Origin: Candidatus Doudnabacteria bacterium
GTDB taxonomy: Bacteria > Patescibacteriota > Doudnabacteria > UBA920 > VMFF01
DNA: 64,000 bases
Direction: 5' to 3'
Assembly (NCBI GenBank): GCA_028286905.1
Contig: JAQBQP010000002.1
Span: 453,358 to 517,357, forward strand
Each line of letters opens with the position of its first letter. Position 1 is the stretch's first letter. Both the position numbers and the translations under genes were made by a program. The notes under the pieces are model-generated. The model was not told the DNA's origin. It worked only from the letters and a program-made list of their open reading frames with translations, and searched no databases. This document shows positions 29,574 through 39,720 of this stretch, one piece after another.

Positions 29574-29804
29574 TTAAGCGCTTTGGTTTTCCTGAACAAC
29601 AGCGAACCATTTCTTTTCAATTTCATCACGCTTTGCTTTTAGCTGCTGCAGAGCTTCTGCATCTTCCTTACGATGAAAGAATTTTGTTGCTTCCTGATAA
29701 GTTCCGGCGGTAGTTTCGGTGAAGAACTCTTTTAGCAGATCGTGGTAATCGTGCATTACCTTTTTATACTCTTCGGTCAATTTAATATATTCTAAATTTT
29801 CCAT
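29574..29804 (-). CDS. small hypothetical protein (76 aa)
   Basis: ORF track. Adjacent to msrB on the same strand. Confidence 0.3.
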   Translation of the reverse strand: MENLEYIKLTEEYKKVMHDYHDLLKEFFTETTAGTYQEATKFFHRKEDAEALQQLKAKRDEIEKKWFAVVQENQSA

Positions 29805-29907
29805 AAGGTTTATACTTTTAATACCTTAATTATACCAGAATACTGTTAAAATCCACAATTGTTAATTTAATTTACTAGCTTATGCTTAACTAAAGGAATA
29901 CAAATAT

Positions 29908-30222
29908 ATGGGCCAAACTAATGGAGTAAACACACCGTTTTATGATAAAGATCTGCCAGGGACAACATCAGAAGACAACAGACAATTAAAAAACGCCGAA
30001 GATTTTATGGATTCTGAAGGCATTTTTACTAATGATAAAATTAATCAACTAGAACATGATGCCAGCGAAGGCTCTTTAGAAGCCTTAGAAGAGCTTTTGG
30101 AGATGGCGGATAAATACGGCATTTCCGCTGACAATACTTCTGATATTAGTTCAGTAGTCCAGCAACTGATTATGTTCAGAGATAATCAAGATGCTCCAAA
30201 CACCTTTAATGGCACTGAATAG
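29908..30222 (+). CDS. acidic hypothetical protein (104 aa)
   Basis: ORF track. Confidence 0.35.
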   Translation: MGQTNGVNTPFYDKDLPGTTSEDNRQLKNAEDFMDSEGIFTNDKINQLEHDASEGSLEALEELLEMADKYGISADNTSDISSVVQQLIMFRDNQDAPNTFNGTE

Positions 30223-30240
30223 ACGTGCTAGAATAAAACC

Positions 30241-30945
30241 ATGAATAGCTTCCAAAATAACTTAACCACAATAGACCCAGTTGTAATAAAAGATCAATCG
30301 GCTTTTCTTAGTAGAGTTTTCGGCTGGATGGCTTTGGCATTGTTTATTAGCGCAGGATTAGCTTACTTTGTTGCTGGCTCCGTTGCGGTTCAACAAATAG
30401 TATTTGGCAGCCCGCTGATATTTTTCGGATTGATGATTGCAGAATTAGGTTTAGTAATTTATTTGAGCGCAAAAATCACAAAAATGTCAGTTTCTGCCGC
30501 TAAAATATCATTCTTTTTATACGCTGCGTTAAACGGACTTACACTTAGCGCTATATTTTTGGCATATACTGCAAGTTCGATTGCCGGAACTTTTATTGTG
30601 TCGGCTGCAACGTTTGGAGTAATGGCTTTATATGGATATATTACAAAAAGAGATTTAACCTCTTGGGGCCACCTGCTAATGATGTTCCTGTTCGGAATAA
30701 TCATTGCTGGAATTGTAAACATTTTTATCCAAAGCACTACCTTGTACTGGACTACGACCGTAATTGGCATCGGTCTGTTTGTCGGTTTGACCGCGTACGA
30801 TACTCAGCGCATTAAAAATATGAGCATCGGTAATATTAACTCTCCTGATGAACAAAAAGGTGCGATCCTGGGAGCGTTAATTTTATATCTTGATTTTATA
30901 AACTTATTTCTGTTTGTATTAAGAATTTTTGGTAAAAGAAAATAA
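30241..30945 (+). CDS. Bax-inhibitor-1/YccA family membrane protein
   Basis: Seven TM helices with a BI-1-like layout and a charged C-terminus. Confidence 0.6.
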   Translation: MNSFQNNLTTIDPVVIKDQSAFLSRVFGWMALALFISAGLAYFVAGSVAVQQIVFGSPLIFFGLMIAELGLVIYLSAKITKMSVSAAKISFFLYAALNGLTLSAIFLAYTASSIAGTFIVSAATFGVMALYGYITKRDLTSWGHLLMMFLFGIIIAGIVNIFIQSTTLYWTTTVIGIGLFVGLTAYDTQRIKNMSIGNINSPDEQKGAILGALILYLDFINLFLFVLRIFGKRK

Positions 30946-30972
30946 ACTAAAAAGACTCTAGTCCTTCTGTGG

Positions 30973-32652
30973 TTAGCTGTTCTTTTTGATTAACATTCTT
31001 GCAATCTTCAACTGTTCGTAAGTGTATCGCCCTTTTAGCTTAGCGAAGATTGGAGTTAGCTTATCTTCTTTTGTTTCTCTAAATATAGTGTGAATTTCTG
31101 GAAGCGCTCGCTCCAATTCTGGCGAAAGTAATCTGGATAAATCTTTTTGATTAATTTTTTGTTCCTCTAACAACTCTTCTAGGTGTCCTAAAATAGTTGT
31201 TTGTTTTAGGTTTCTAGCAACGCAAATTTGTTCCAGAGTCTTGCCTTCTTTCCACAACGTCAGCGTTTCTAAGGCAGTATCGCCTTTTTCTTTTTTCTTT
31301 GGCTCTTGCACTTCGTGGGCATCAACTGTGCCACCAATACTGCTGAGATATTTTCGCTGAATCTTTATCAGGTCCTCAGGAGTTAGTGCGCTGAAGTTTT
31401 TTTGTGCTTCTTTTGAAGCGGATTTAAAATTACTGTCTTCCTGTAAAATTTCCGGGTGCACTTGGAAAGCTTTTTCATTTATTCCAAATAAGTGCAGTCC
31501 GGAAAGCCTGCGCACTCTGGAGATTGCAACATAGCCTTGGCCGTATTCAAAAACATCGCTTAAGTCGATTGCTGCTGCATCCATGCTCATACCTTGGCTT
31601 TTGTGAATTGTGATCGCCCACGCTAAGCGCAACGGCAGCTGACTAACCATCGCTCTAAGTTTGCCGCCTTCTTCCGATTTCCAATCTTGAGGAGTAACTA
31701 CAACTCTTTTACCGCCACGAATTTCAACCAGTGGGAAACCTTCGCTAAGATCCCGAACCACGCCAAGGGTGCCGTTGGCATAGCCGGCTTGAGGATTGTT
31801 CTTAGTAAACATTACCACTGCGCCAACCTTTAAATAAAGCTGTTCTGGCGAGAGACAGCCTTTTTTAAGCGTATCTACCAAAGAGCTGCGCCCGGTGTTA
31901 GTCATTACATAAAGGCGGTGCTCGCCAGGAAGCTTTTGCAGCCGTTCATCGTTTAATTTATCTACAGAAACATTTCGAGTAAACAATCGCGGAATCTGGA
32001 TTGGCGTTACAGCTCTTTGTACAATTCGAGATTGAATCGATTCAAAATGCTCTTCTTCTAATTCATTCCGGCGAATTGCTGCAAGCATATTTAAAAAAAC
32101 CGGATCGTCTTGGCGGTGCTGCTCAGTTAAGTAACAAACGGTCGGATTCGCACGTTGCCATGCTGGAGAGTTATATGCAAATTGCTTATGCGGACTTTCT
32201 AAAGTAGCTTGTTTTAGAATTGGCGGCAGTTGAAAAAAATCACCAACAAAAACCACTTGCATCCCGCCAAAAGGTTCTTGAATTTTTCGAACCGATCTAC
32301 AAACTGCATCCACCATTGAAAGTGTTCGCTGAGAGAGCATTGAAATTTCATCGATAATCAAAACTTGGGCTCGCAAAATTCTTTTGGCAAATTTTGGATC
32401 AGCAGCGAGCTTATGCAAATCTGAAGAAGTTAAATCTTCTTTTATTCCAATGCCGCTCCAAGAGTGAATAGTCATTCCGCCGATATGAGTTGCAGCAATA
32501 CCGGTAGAGGCTGTTACTGCCGGTTCAATGCTATGCTCGCGCAAGTAGCGCACAAATTTATTGATCGTATGAGTTTTGCCAGAACCCGGCTCCCCTGTTA
32601 AAAAAACGTTTGCGCCGGATTTCAAAATGTCTAAAGCTTGCTGTTGAGTCAT
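30973..32652 (-). CDS. PIF1/RecD-like superfamily-1 helicase
   Basis: Walker A LTGEPGSGKTH. Walker B/DExx-like LIIDEISM. A C-terminal HTH-like tail. Start moved to MTQQQALDIL, because the track's N-terminal extension runs into a foreign GC-rich segment with no stop. Confidence 0.7.
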   Translation of the reverse strand: MTQQQALDILKSGANVFLTGEPGSGKTHTINKFVRYLREHSIEPAVTASTGIAATHIGGMTIHSWSGIGIKEDLTSSDLHKLAADPKFAKRILRAQVLIIDEISMLSQRTLSMVDAVCRSVRKIQEPFGGMQVVFVGDFFQLPPILKQATLESPHKQFAYNSPAWQRANPTVCYLTEQHRQDDPVFLNMLAAIRRNELEEEHFESIQSRIVQRAVTPIQIPRLFTRNVSVDKLNDERLQKLPGEHRLYVMTNTGRSSLVDTLKKGCLSPEQLYLKVGAVVMFTKNNPQAGYANGTLGVVRDLSEGFPLVEIRGGKRVVVTPQDWKSEEGGKLRAMVSQLPLRLAWAITIHKSQGMSMDAAAIDLSDVFEYGQGYVAISRVRRLSGLHLFGINEKAFQVHPEILQEDSNFKSASKEAQKNFSALTPEDLIKIQRKYLSSIGGTVDAHEVQEPKKKEKGDTALETLTLWKEGKTLEQICVARNLKQTTILGHLEELLEEQKINQKDLSRLLSPELERALPEIHTIFRETKEDKLTPIFAKLKGRYTYEQLKIARMLIKKNS

Positions 32653-32659
32653 GGAATGA

Positions 32660-32738
32660 GCATAACAAAAAAACTTTCGATCGGCGAGGTGAACGAAAAA
32701 ATACACCGGCGATACTCTCCTTTCGGATTTCTCGCCGG
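32660..32738 (-). promoter_or_regulatory. terminator hairpin plus TTTTTTTGTTATGCT motif 6 nt before the helicase ATG
   Basis: Hairpin CCGGCGA...TCGCCGG with T-run, then the TTTTTTTGTTATGCT motif, a 6-nt spacer (CATTCC) and the ATG. Confidence 0.45.
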
Positions 32739-32759
32739 TTACAGCTTCTGGCCGAGGCT

Positions 32760-33278
32760 CTACCAGCGCTTCTGCGCCAGCGTTACCATCAGGACTGTGA
32801 ATGCGATGCCCAGCAGAATGCAGCCGGACGCGATGTTTGCGAACCGTTCGGCGCCGAGCAGAACCATCTGTCCGTGGCACTCATAGAGCATCCAGAGCAG
32901 GCCGCTGGCTGCGAAGATGTCCACGAAGAACATCAGCTTCCGCGACCGCAGCTTCGCCTTGGCGGTTTCCCAGCCCGACTGCTGCTGTTCACCCTCGACG
33001 CTTCGGATGTACGCCGCGATTCGATGGATCGAATAGTCGCCGCGCGCGATCCAGAAGACCATCGTCATTCCGAGCGCGTAGACGAACTTGTACAGCGCAA
33101 CGTTCAGGGTCATCTCAGCAGCGATGAAGCTGAGGAACATGCTGAACGCCAGCAGGAACACTCCGTTGATCATCAGCTTATCTTGCTCGATGATCTCCTT
33201 GCGGAGCTTCTTATTTTCCGCAGCATTCTGCTTCAGTGCCCGCATCTTCTCGTCAACATCCTCGAACATGGGCCTCAC
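32760..33278 (-). CDS. hypothetical membrane protein on a GC-rich insert
   Basis: A roughly 520-bp segment that is strikingly GC-rich relative to its flanks. It has its own TTGACA-17-TATTTT promoter and RBS upstream, and a hairpin with T-run downstream. Confidence 0.5.
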   Translation of the reverse strand: MRPMFEDVDEKMRALKQNAAENKKLRKEIIEQDKLMINGVFLLAFSMFLSFIAAEMTLNVALYKFVYALGMTMVFWIARGDYSIHRIAAYIRSVEGEQQQSGWETAKAKLRSRKLMFFVDIFAASGLLWMLYECHGQMVLLGAERFANIASGCILLGIAFTVLMVTLAQKRW

Positions 33279-33346
33279 TTTTATACCCTCTTGTTGAATT
33301 GTGGACTATTTTATGAACAATCACAAAATACCATATTTAATGACAT

Positions 33347-33964
33347 TTGTCAAAGGTATCCTTCTTACAATTGATAATATATAATAAAAACATGCATAAA
33401 AAAGCTACTTTTGATGAAATATTTAATATTTGGCTTGATTCCGAAGCCAATCAAATTGAGGGCAGAAATATCTTGCCCGTAGCTAAAGCTAAGGGTTTTA
33501 ACTCAGTTGCAGAGTGGCGCCTATCCACTGCTTTAAGATTGGGTATGGATACCAAAATCTGGTCCTTGGAAATAATAGAAAACCCAAACGAAACGCTGCC
33601 TAATATTATTATTGGCCCATATCAAGGATGGTCAAAGTTTTTTAATAACCAATTGCAAACTAGTTTTGCAGAAGCGCTAAAATATAAAGAGTTCTCGGAA
33701 TGGTGCAAAACTCACGATCGGATCATTCCAATATCAAATAATTTTCCATTACCCACGACGATTATTTTATTTCGCAAGCCAAATGGCGATTTGATGCATA
33801 TTGAAGGCGGCCATCGAATTTGTGCAGTAGCATATAAAAAATCAATTGGTTCACCAATTGATTTTGAAAACAAACCAAGCATTACCGCAGCAATCGCAAA
33901 TGTAACTGATTCAGAAATTGCACAGATGCTAATTTTTTTGAAAGAAGGAACTTTTAAAATCTAG
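33347..33964 (+). CDS. hypothetical protein (205 aa)
   Basis: ORF track. It has an IEGGHRICA motif of unknown meaning. Confidence 0.4.
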   Translation: MSKVSFLQLIIYNKNMHKKATFDEIFNIWLDSEANQIEGRNILPVAKAKGFNSVAEWRLSTALRLGMDTKIWSLEIIENPNETLPNIIIGPYQGWSKFFNNQLQTSFAEALKYKEFSEWCKTHDRIIPISNNFPLPTTIILFRKPNGDLMHIEGGHRICAVAYKKSIGSPIDFENKPSITAAIANVTDSEIAQMLIFLKEGTFKI

Positions 33965-33990
33965 TTTAAAAACTAATTCTTTAGCGGTGT

Positions 33991-34365
33991 TTAAAAATTA
34001 TCAAAAAAATCTTTTACTTTCGCCTTAATAGCACTTTCTACTACATCCCGTTTATCCTTAGAAATATCAATTCTTTCAAAATGTTCGTGCCCAGAAAGCG
34101 ATAAGCCAATACTACCGTTAAGGTGCTTCTGTACGTAGCCTTCAAGAACCAACTCATTTTTATCCAAACCCAATGATTGAATTATGCGATTATGGAAATC
34201 CGTTCCTAAATACACATCCCAATTTGATGTGATTATAATTCGCAAATCTCCTTTATCTAAAAAGCGTAAAATCATTTTTTTGTCTTCAGCTGAAGAAACC
34301 CTTATAGTAAAGAATTCTTTCATCGCTTCTATCTCATTTAAGCCTCTGGTTTCAAATTCTGTCAT
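33991..34365 (-). CDS. hypothetical protein (124 aa)
   Basis: ORF track. Confidence 0.35.
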   Translation of the reverse strand: MTEFETRGLNEIEAMKEFFTIRVSSAEDKKMILRFLDKGDLRIIITSNWDVYLGTDFHNRIIQSLGLDKNELVLEGYVQKHLNGSIGLSLSGHEHFERIDISKDKRDVVESAIKAKVKDFFDNF

Positions 34366-34416
34366 GATTTTATAATATCAAAAAAACATCACTCCTACGA
34401 GTGATGTTTTAGATTA

Positions 34417-34893
34417 TTAATTTTGTGTATCCGCACTTGGACCATAAATTGATGGAACCACTGCTCCCATCGCTCGCAAGTATGTAGTCAGTTGTCCGCG
34501 ATGATGGATAGCGTCGAATAAGAATCCCCAAGCCATATGATATTTTTTATCTTTCCAAGTTTCACCCCAACCAGAATCACCGTTTTCCCAATCTTCTTCA
34601 GAAATTTGCTCAAGGTCTGTTTGTAGCTGCGCCATTCCCTGATCAAACTTAACAAGCATATCCTCTTTGGTTTGCTTTTCCATTTCATGCGGGTTAAAGG
34701 CAGGTACGCCTGTAGTTATAATTCCAGAAATAGCTTTCCATTGCAAAGATAATTGTGCGGCCAAGTTTCCAGCGGCACGAGATCTTTCATGAACTTTATG
34801 AGAGTGCTTATCTTCGGACAAAGCTTCTATCGCCACTCTAAACTTTGGTGCTTCTTCTTGCAGAGTTTTTAGGAAAAATTCCTTGTTTGTCAT
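34417..34893 (-). CDS. DinB/YfiT-like (DinB_2) putative metal-dependent hydrolase
   Basis: His-rich four-helix-bundle pattern with a HHRGQ motif. Confidence 0.45.
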   Translation of the reverse strand: MTNKEFFLKTLQEEAPKFRVAIEALSEDKHSHKVHERSRAAGNLAAQLSLQWKAISGIITTGVPAFNPHEMEKQTKEDMLVKFDQGMAQLQTDLEQISEEDWENGDSGWGETWKDKKYHMAWGFLFDAIHHRGQLTTYLRAMGAVVPSIYGPSADTQN

Positions 34894-34937
34894 ATATTTT
34901 TTTATTAGTTATAAATTCATTATACCATATCCACTAT

Positions 34938-36575
34938 TTAGTGCGCTGCTGCAGGTTGCTCTAAAGTCTCTACATTTTTTTCTTTTGGAAGTTTAACAGA
35001 AATCAATAAAGCAAAAAGTATAAAGACAATGCCGTAGGTTAGAACGGCCTTATTCGCTTTAACAGTCGCCTCATGGCTGATGCTAATTATTTCATTTGTA
35101 ACATTTTGCGGTGTCCCTGCCCCAAGGTTAGCGCCTGAGCCAAATTCAATATTTGAACTTTGCTGGACGACTGCCTGGCTTATTGCCGGCTTCATTTCTG
35201 ATGATAAAACGTTACTAGAATTTACACCCGCAGCCAGGTTTGAAGATATGGTGGTAAGCAAAATAGCTCCGAGAATTGCTGAACCCAAAGTTTGCCCCAA
35301 GGTTCTTATTGTACTTGTTACTCCTGAAGCCTCGCCTGCCTGCTGGGCAGAAACAGCTGAAAGAGTTAGATTGCTAGTTTGAGCCATCATTAATCCCATG
35401 CCCATACCAAATAAAGCGAAACCGGGGGCCAAGACCCACGGATTTGCACCAACGTGCAAGCTTTGTCGCAAAACAATAAATCCTAAAACATCAAATAAAA
35501 TACCAATTTGAATTATTCTCTTTGGCGAAATATATTTGCTGACCCAAGCAGACAACGGTGCAGCAATCAAAATAACTGCGGTCATAGGAATCATAGCAAT
35601 GCCGGTGTGCACCGGATCAAGTTTTAAAACTGATTGAAAATAAACAGGCACAGAAAAACTTAAACCTGCTTGACCTAACGCTAGCACTGCAGAGACTGTA
35701 GAACCTACCACAAACGGAGAGTTTTTAAAAAGTTTTAAAGAAACCAACGGAGTTCTACCTTCACGTTCATGCGCTATTTCCCAAACTATAAAAAGTGCCA
35801 ATATTATTATTCCAAGCAGTATGAATACTGGCGTCATTGATAAGCTTCCGAAGCTTAGAGCTGTGGATCCAAGAGTAAATATTTCTTTTGCTTTCCACCA
35901 GCCATAGGTTGAAGCTTCTATCGCACCAAATACGACGAAAAACATTCCTGAAGCAGATAATAGTACTCCCATAAAATCTAAGTCCGACTTCTCATCTGTA
36001 TCCCGAGATTCTTTTATAAACCATGCTCCTATCACCAGCATTGCAGCGATAAAAATATTAATTCGAAAAGCCCATCTCCAGCTATAAGCAGTTGCCAACC
36101 ATCCGCCAATAACTGGTCCAAGCGCTGCCGCCGCCGCGACTATTCCGCCCCAGACACCAAACGCAATTTGACGATCCCTGCCTTCATAACTGGTTCTTAG
36201 CAATGATGCCGTAGCGGGTAACATAAGCGCTGCTCCAATTCCTTCAATTATAGCTTCGCCAATAATCATTGTCCCAACGGTATGGCTAATTGAGGTAATA
36301 AAGGAACCGACCGCAAAAATAACCGCGCCATAAGCAAACATTTTTTTACGTCCAAATAAATCGCCAAGACGGCCGCCGGTAATGGTAAAAGCGGCAAGCA
36401 TCAAAGAGTAGGCTGTTATAACCCATTGAATTTTTTGAATGGTGGTATGCAAATCGCCGATTATAGTCCTTAGCGTAACATTAAGGATGGTTGTATCTAG
36501 AATAATAATAGTAAGGGCAAGGCTCATTACTAATAATGGAATCCATTTCTTGAACCCGGTGTTTTGAGTTGTCAT
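34938..36575 (-). CDS. MFS transporter, DHA2 (EmrB/QacA-like, 14-TM) drug:H+ antiporter family
   Basis: 545 aa with about 14 TM helices and an MFS motif A (GRLGDLFGRKK). Confidence 0.7.
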   Translation of the reverse strand: MTTQNTGFKKWIPLLVMSLALTIIILDTTILNVTLRTIIGDLHTTIQKIQWVITAYSLMLAAFTITGGRLGDLFGRKKMFAYGAVIFAVGSFITSISHTVGTMIIGEAIIEGIGAALMLPATASLLRTSYEGRDRQIAFGVWGGIVAAAAALGPVIGGWLATAYSWRWAFRINIFIAAMLVIGAWFIKESRDTDEKSDLDFMGVLLSASGMFFVVFGAIEASTYGWWKAKEIFTLGSTALSFGSLSMTPVFILLGIIILALFIVWEIAHEREGRTPLVSLKLFKNSPFVVGSTVSAVLALGQAGLSFSVPVYFQSVLKLDPVHTGIAMIPMTAVILIAAPLSAWVSKYISPKRIIQIGILFDVLGFIVLRQSLHVGANPWVLAPGFALFGMGMGLMMAQTSNLTLSAVSAQQAGEASGVTSTIRTLGQTLGSAILGAILLTTISSNLAAGVNSSNVLSSEMKPAISQAVVQQSSNIEFGSGANLGAGTPQNVTNEIISISHEATVKANKAVLTYGIVFILFALLISVKLPKEKNVETLEQPAAAH

Positions 36576-36577
36576 AG

Positions 36578-37009
36578 TTATACGGGAAAATTATTATTTA
36601 ATTCTTTTAGCAACTCTAAAAGTTGTTTTTGTTTAGCTACACTCAATTTAGAAAAAGCTTTGTTCAAACCAGACTCACTGTCCCCCATTGGAAATTTGCT
36701 GAGCAACTGAGTTCCTTTTTTGGTAATTACCAGATTAAGATTCCTACGATCTTTTTTATCCGGCTTTCGCAAAAGATACTTTTCGTCTTCCAAAACATCA
36801 ACTAAGGGAACCAACGAAGGGGGCTGCATACTAAAAGTCTTAGCCATTTCTTTGATTGTAATTGGTTTGGACTTAATTAAAACCAAAATGCCGTATTGCA
36901 ATGGCGTTACGCTTATCTTGGCTGCAGAAAAGCGCTTCTCCGCATCGGCTTTAGCGGTCTTAACCAATTGATACAACAATTGTTTTAGAGGATTTGATTT
37001 GAATATCAT
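36578..37009 (-). CDS. MarR-family transcriptional regulator
   Basis: Winged HTH of the MarR class, 143 aa. Its stop abuts the MFS gene start, so an efflux regulator-transporter pair is likely. Confidence 0.7.
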   Translation of the reverse strand: MIFKSNPLKQLLYQLVKTAKADAEKRFSAAKISVTPLQYGILVLIKSKPITIKEMAKTFSMQPPSLVPLVDVLEDEKYLLRKPDKKDRRNLNLVITKKGTQLLSKFPMGDSESGLNKAFSKLSVAKQKQLLELLKELNNNFPV

Positions 37010-37189
37010 TCAATAATAATAAGGTACCTAATCATTACTGTCAAGTTACTTGGCAAGCATGCAGTTTTCATAACAAAAACTAAAAGCGTAGGCCAAGATG
37101 AAAGAACCTCCGTCAAAACAAAAGAGCCTCGACAAATGAATGTCGGGCTCTTTTCGTTAGCGCATCATGCGCAATTAGAAGTTCCTCCT

Positions 37190-37540
37190 TTACCTTAGAA
37201 CCGGCGCCGGCAACCCGCGGCCCCGAGCGTACCGCCGCGCAAAGAACATACACAGCGGATTAATCGTCCGAACACTGAGGCTCACCCCAAGTACTAAACC
37301 AACCACGGTGACCACCAGCTCCCGCTGCCACGGGATGGGCATTCTCACCAACACCGCTACCGCCATCGAGGTGAACAACGCGACCAGCCCGATGAACGAT
37401 ATGACCATACCCATGATGATTCGGAAGAAGAACGCTTTCTCAACGTACGCTACTCCCGCCATCGATGCCCCAAAGAGAGCCACGAACGCAAAAAAAACAG
37501 GCAACAGGACCAACTCCCACTGGATTAAAAAGCTTTGCAT
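37190..37540 (-). CDS. small membrane protein on a GC-rich insert
   Basis: GC-rich segment. RBS GGAGG before MQSFLIQW.... Three TM helices. A hairpin with T-run follows downstream at about 37140-37170. Confidence 0.45.
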   Translation of the reverse strand: MQSFLIQWELVLLPVFFAFVALFGASMAGVAYVEKAFFFRIIMGMVISFIGLVALFTSMAVAVLVRMPIPWQRELVVTVVGLVLGVSLSVRTINPLCMFFARRYARGRGLPAPVLR

Positions 37541-37655
37541 TGAAACCTCCTGTGGAGGACTTGTTACGGGGATAAATAAAAATAGCACTAATAAGTGCTA
37601 TTTGCAAGATCGGAGTTTCGCAGACCTATAAGATAAACTGGAATAACAAAGATCG

Positions 37656-38510
37656 CTAAATCGTATATTCCAATATTTCTTTGCCTTCCAGCAAAGAACT
37701 CAAATCAAACCTTCTACTTTCCTTCAATTCTTTTGGTTCCCCTGAAAGATCACCCGGCTCAACAAACACAGCAAGTTTTCTGTTACGAGAAAACTCAGGT
37801 CCATTTTTAAAATCTTGCTGCCCTTCAGGGTCAACGCCTTCTAATATTCTTTGAACTAAATTAGGATTAGAAAATAATAAGCCTTTTTCTCGATCTGTTC
37901 CGATTAATGCAAGAATAAGGTTCTTAGGCAAAGCAAGTTCGTAAGTCATATTATTCCTTCTCTTCACTGAATCCCGAAAAGACGCCCGCCTAATTATAAT
38001 CATATTAAAAAATGAATTTCCCATTCCAGGATTTATATCTTCATATTTAACGGGGACTACGGCCTTTTCATAACTAATATCATCGACCATCTCCCTCTTT
38101 TCTTTCCCAAACAATCCCTTAGCAGGTATAATCTTTTCTCGCCTATTAGAGACGCTTCTTTGTACGCTCTGGCGAGCAGCGCCAATATATAAAAGTTCTG
38201 CTTCTTTTTCGTCTACTCCTGGAATTATAGGAGGTTCGTCCATGCGAACATTATTTACAACACGTAATTTTGAGAACGATAATACTTTATACACATCATT
38301 AATTAACCTAGTGCATGAATACGGATACTTTCCGGTTTTAATCCCTTCTACTATATCATTAACAATTCCTTTTTCGTTAAATTCTGGAGTAGTTGAAAGT
38401 AACTCTTGAGCTTGCTGATAAGTATGATCTGGAACATCTCCAGCATTAATATTTTTCAGCATTTTTTGAGACTCTTCCCAAGCTTCTTCGGAGCTATATC
38501 TTTCGGGCAT
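37656..38510 (-). CDS. hypothetical protein (284 aa)
   Basis: ORF track. Low GC. Confidence 0.4.
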   Translation of the reverse strand: MPERYSSEEAWEESQKMLKNINAGDVPDHTYQQAQELLSTTPEFNEKGIVNDIVEGIKTGKYPYSCTRLINDVYKVLSFSKLRVVNNVRMDEPPIIPGVDEKEAELLYIGAARQSVQRSVSNRREKIIPAKGLFGKEKREMVDDISYEKAVVPVKYEDINPGMGNSFFNMIIIRRASFRDSVKRRNNMTYELALPKNLILALIGTDREKGLLFSNPNLVQRILEGVDPEGQQDFKNGPEFSRNRKLAVFVEPGDLSGEPKELKESRRFDLSSLLEGKEILEYTI

Positions 38511-38599
38511 AGTATATTTTTAATTAACATTAGCATATCAAAAAATCATCACAATTACGAATAATGAATTCTTGGCGCCGCTATAAGGACTATTAAAAA

Positions 38600-38650
38600 A
38601 AACAGAGGTGATAAAACTAAAAGCGCGGGACCAAGATGTTTGTCCGCGCT
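38600..38650 (-). terminator. rho-independent terminator after the 38671-39099 gene
   Basis: CAGCGCGGACAAACATCTTGGTCCCGCGCTTTT. Confidence 0.5.
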
Positions 38651-38670
38651 GTTTATTTTGTGGCTTCCTC

Positions 38671-39099
38671 CTACATAATGATTCCGCAGTACCCCGTGCT
38701 CGTACCCTCCAGCCACTCCAATCGATAAAGCGGATGGCTCAAAATGAGCTTACCGCTCTCCCTCTCGAAACGGAAAGGGCAGAAACTCAGCTGTTCAACT
38801 GGCCCCCATGTCCCATCCGGATTGAGGCGCTGCACCGGGAAAGTTACATCCTTCTTCGCTATGGAATCCTGGGCCGTCTTCACATCCGGCGACTGGATCA
38901 ACCGATACCAACGATCCTTCGAGCCCCTTGCAACCACTTCTTCGAAAAGATTCATGGGCCAGGGCTTCGAACTATAAAAAGCTCTGCCGCCGCTTGCTTC
39001 ATCAACGACGATGGGATCGACAAGCGGAGCTTCGCAGTTTGCTACCGCGCCCTTCTTCCGATTCCGATACCAGTTGCTAAAGAACAGTAGGACCCGCAT
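38671..39099 (-). CDS. hypothetical protein on a GC-rich insert
   Basis: GC-rich. RBS AAGGGGG before the ATG. A clean rho-independent terminator follows at about 38600-38650. Confidence 0.45.
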   Translation of the reverse strand: MRVLLFFSNWYRNRKKGAVANCEAPLVDPIVVDEASGGRAFYSSKPWPMNLFEEVVARGSKDRWYRLIQSPDVKTAQDSIAKKDVTFPVQRLNPDGTWGPVEQLSFCPFRFERESGKLILSHPLYRLEWLEGTSTGYCGIIM

Positions 39100-39162
39100 A
39101 TTACCCCCTTAGTTGAACCCAAGTGAGAGATAAATAAAATTACCATGGGTAATGGGAATTGT

Positions 39163-39196
39163 CAAAAGCCCACCTCAATTACAAAGTGGGCTTTTG
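39163..39196. repeat. degenerate copy 0 (hairpin only)
   Basis: CAAAAGCCCACCTCAATTACAAAGTGGGCTTTTG has the same CTCAATTAC loop as copies 1 and 2. Confidence 0.4.
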
Positions 39197-39288
39197 ACAC
39201 GAGTTGTACAGAAAAACTATCCACAAAACACCATATAAAATGATGCGCTCTGGGTAGACGCTCTCGAAGTTTCGAGAGCGCACCGAAT

Positions 39289-39615
39289 TCACGAGATCTT
39301 GAAATATTGATGCCATAACGCCTCTCCTTCCTGATCCAGTGGCAGTCGCAGAATCAGCGGTGGATGATTCCCTGGCAGGATGGTTTCGTCCATGACCAGG
39401 TGTCCGTTTTCCAGATAGAAGCGCCGGGCAACGATCGTACTCTGAACGACCAGAACTCTGGTATGGCGATCCACTATCGCCTGCTTGCTTTCGCCGTGAT
39501 ACACCACGGAGTAGTGCTCTTTCTGGGCGGCGTCCCAAGCCAATGCCCCCAAAACAAATGCGTGCAAGGTCAGAACCAAGAACGCGGCACAGAGTTCTTT
39601 GCAAATCATTTTCAT
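39289..39615 (-). CDS. small secreted protein on a GC-rich insert
   Basis: Signal peptide MKMICKELCAAFLVLTLHAFVLGALA. GC-rich. A strong hairpin follows downstream at about 39245-39280. Confidence 0.4.
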   Translation of the reverse strand: MKMICKELCAAFLVLTLHAFVLGALAWDAAQKEHYSVVYHGESKQAIVDRHTRVLVVQSTIVARRFYLENGHLVMDETILPGNHPPLILRLPLDQEGEALWHQYFKIS

Positions 39616-39720
39616 CTTCAGCTCCAGATCAACGTGATTTAGAATCCTCCTCGAAACCGACCCAATTGCCGGATTAAATAAAATACCACGATTAGTGGTA
39701 TTCGTCAAAGAATTGGAAAA

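Noticed and set aside
32653-32880. N-terminal 76-aa extension of the helicase ORF (MPRTDGSARRRTVRKHRVRLHSAGHR...)
   Set aside because: The extension runs through the 3' flank of the foreign GC-rich insert, where stop codons are rare. It is Arg-rich nonsense typical of GC-rich out-of-frame reading. The helicase has a clean start (MTQQQALDIL) 6 nt after the TGTTATGCT motif.
32610-33374. Plus-strand ORFs (254 aa, 108 aa and others) across the GC-rich 32.7-33.3 kb insert
   Set aside because: High GC suppresses stops in all frames. Only the minus-strand membrane-protein frame has a promoter, an RBS and hydrophobic periodicity. The plus-frame products are Arg/Ala/Ser-rich and look like artefacts.
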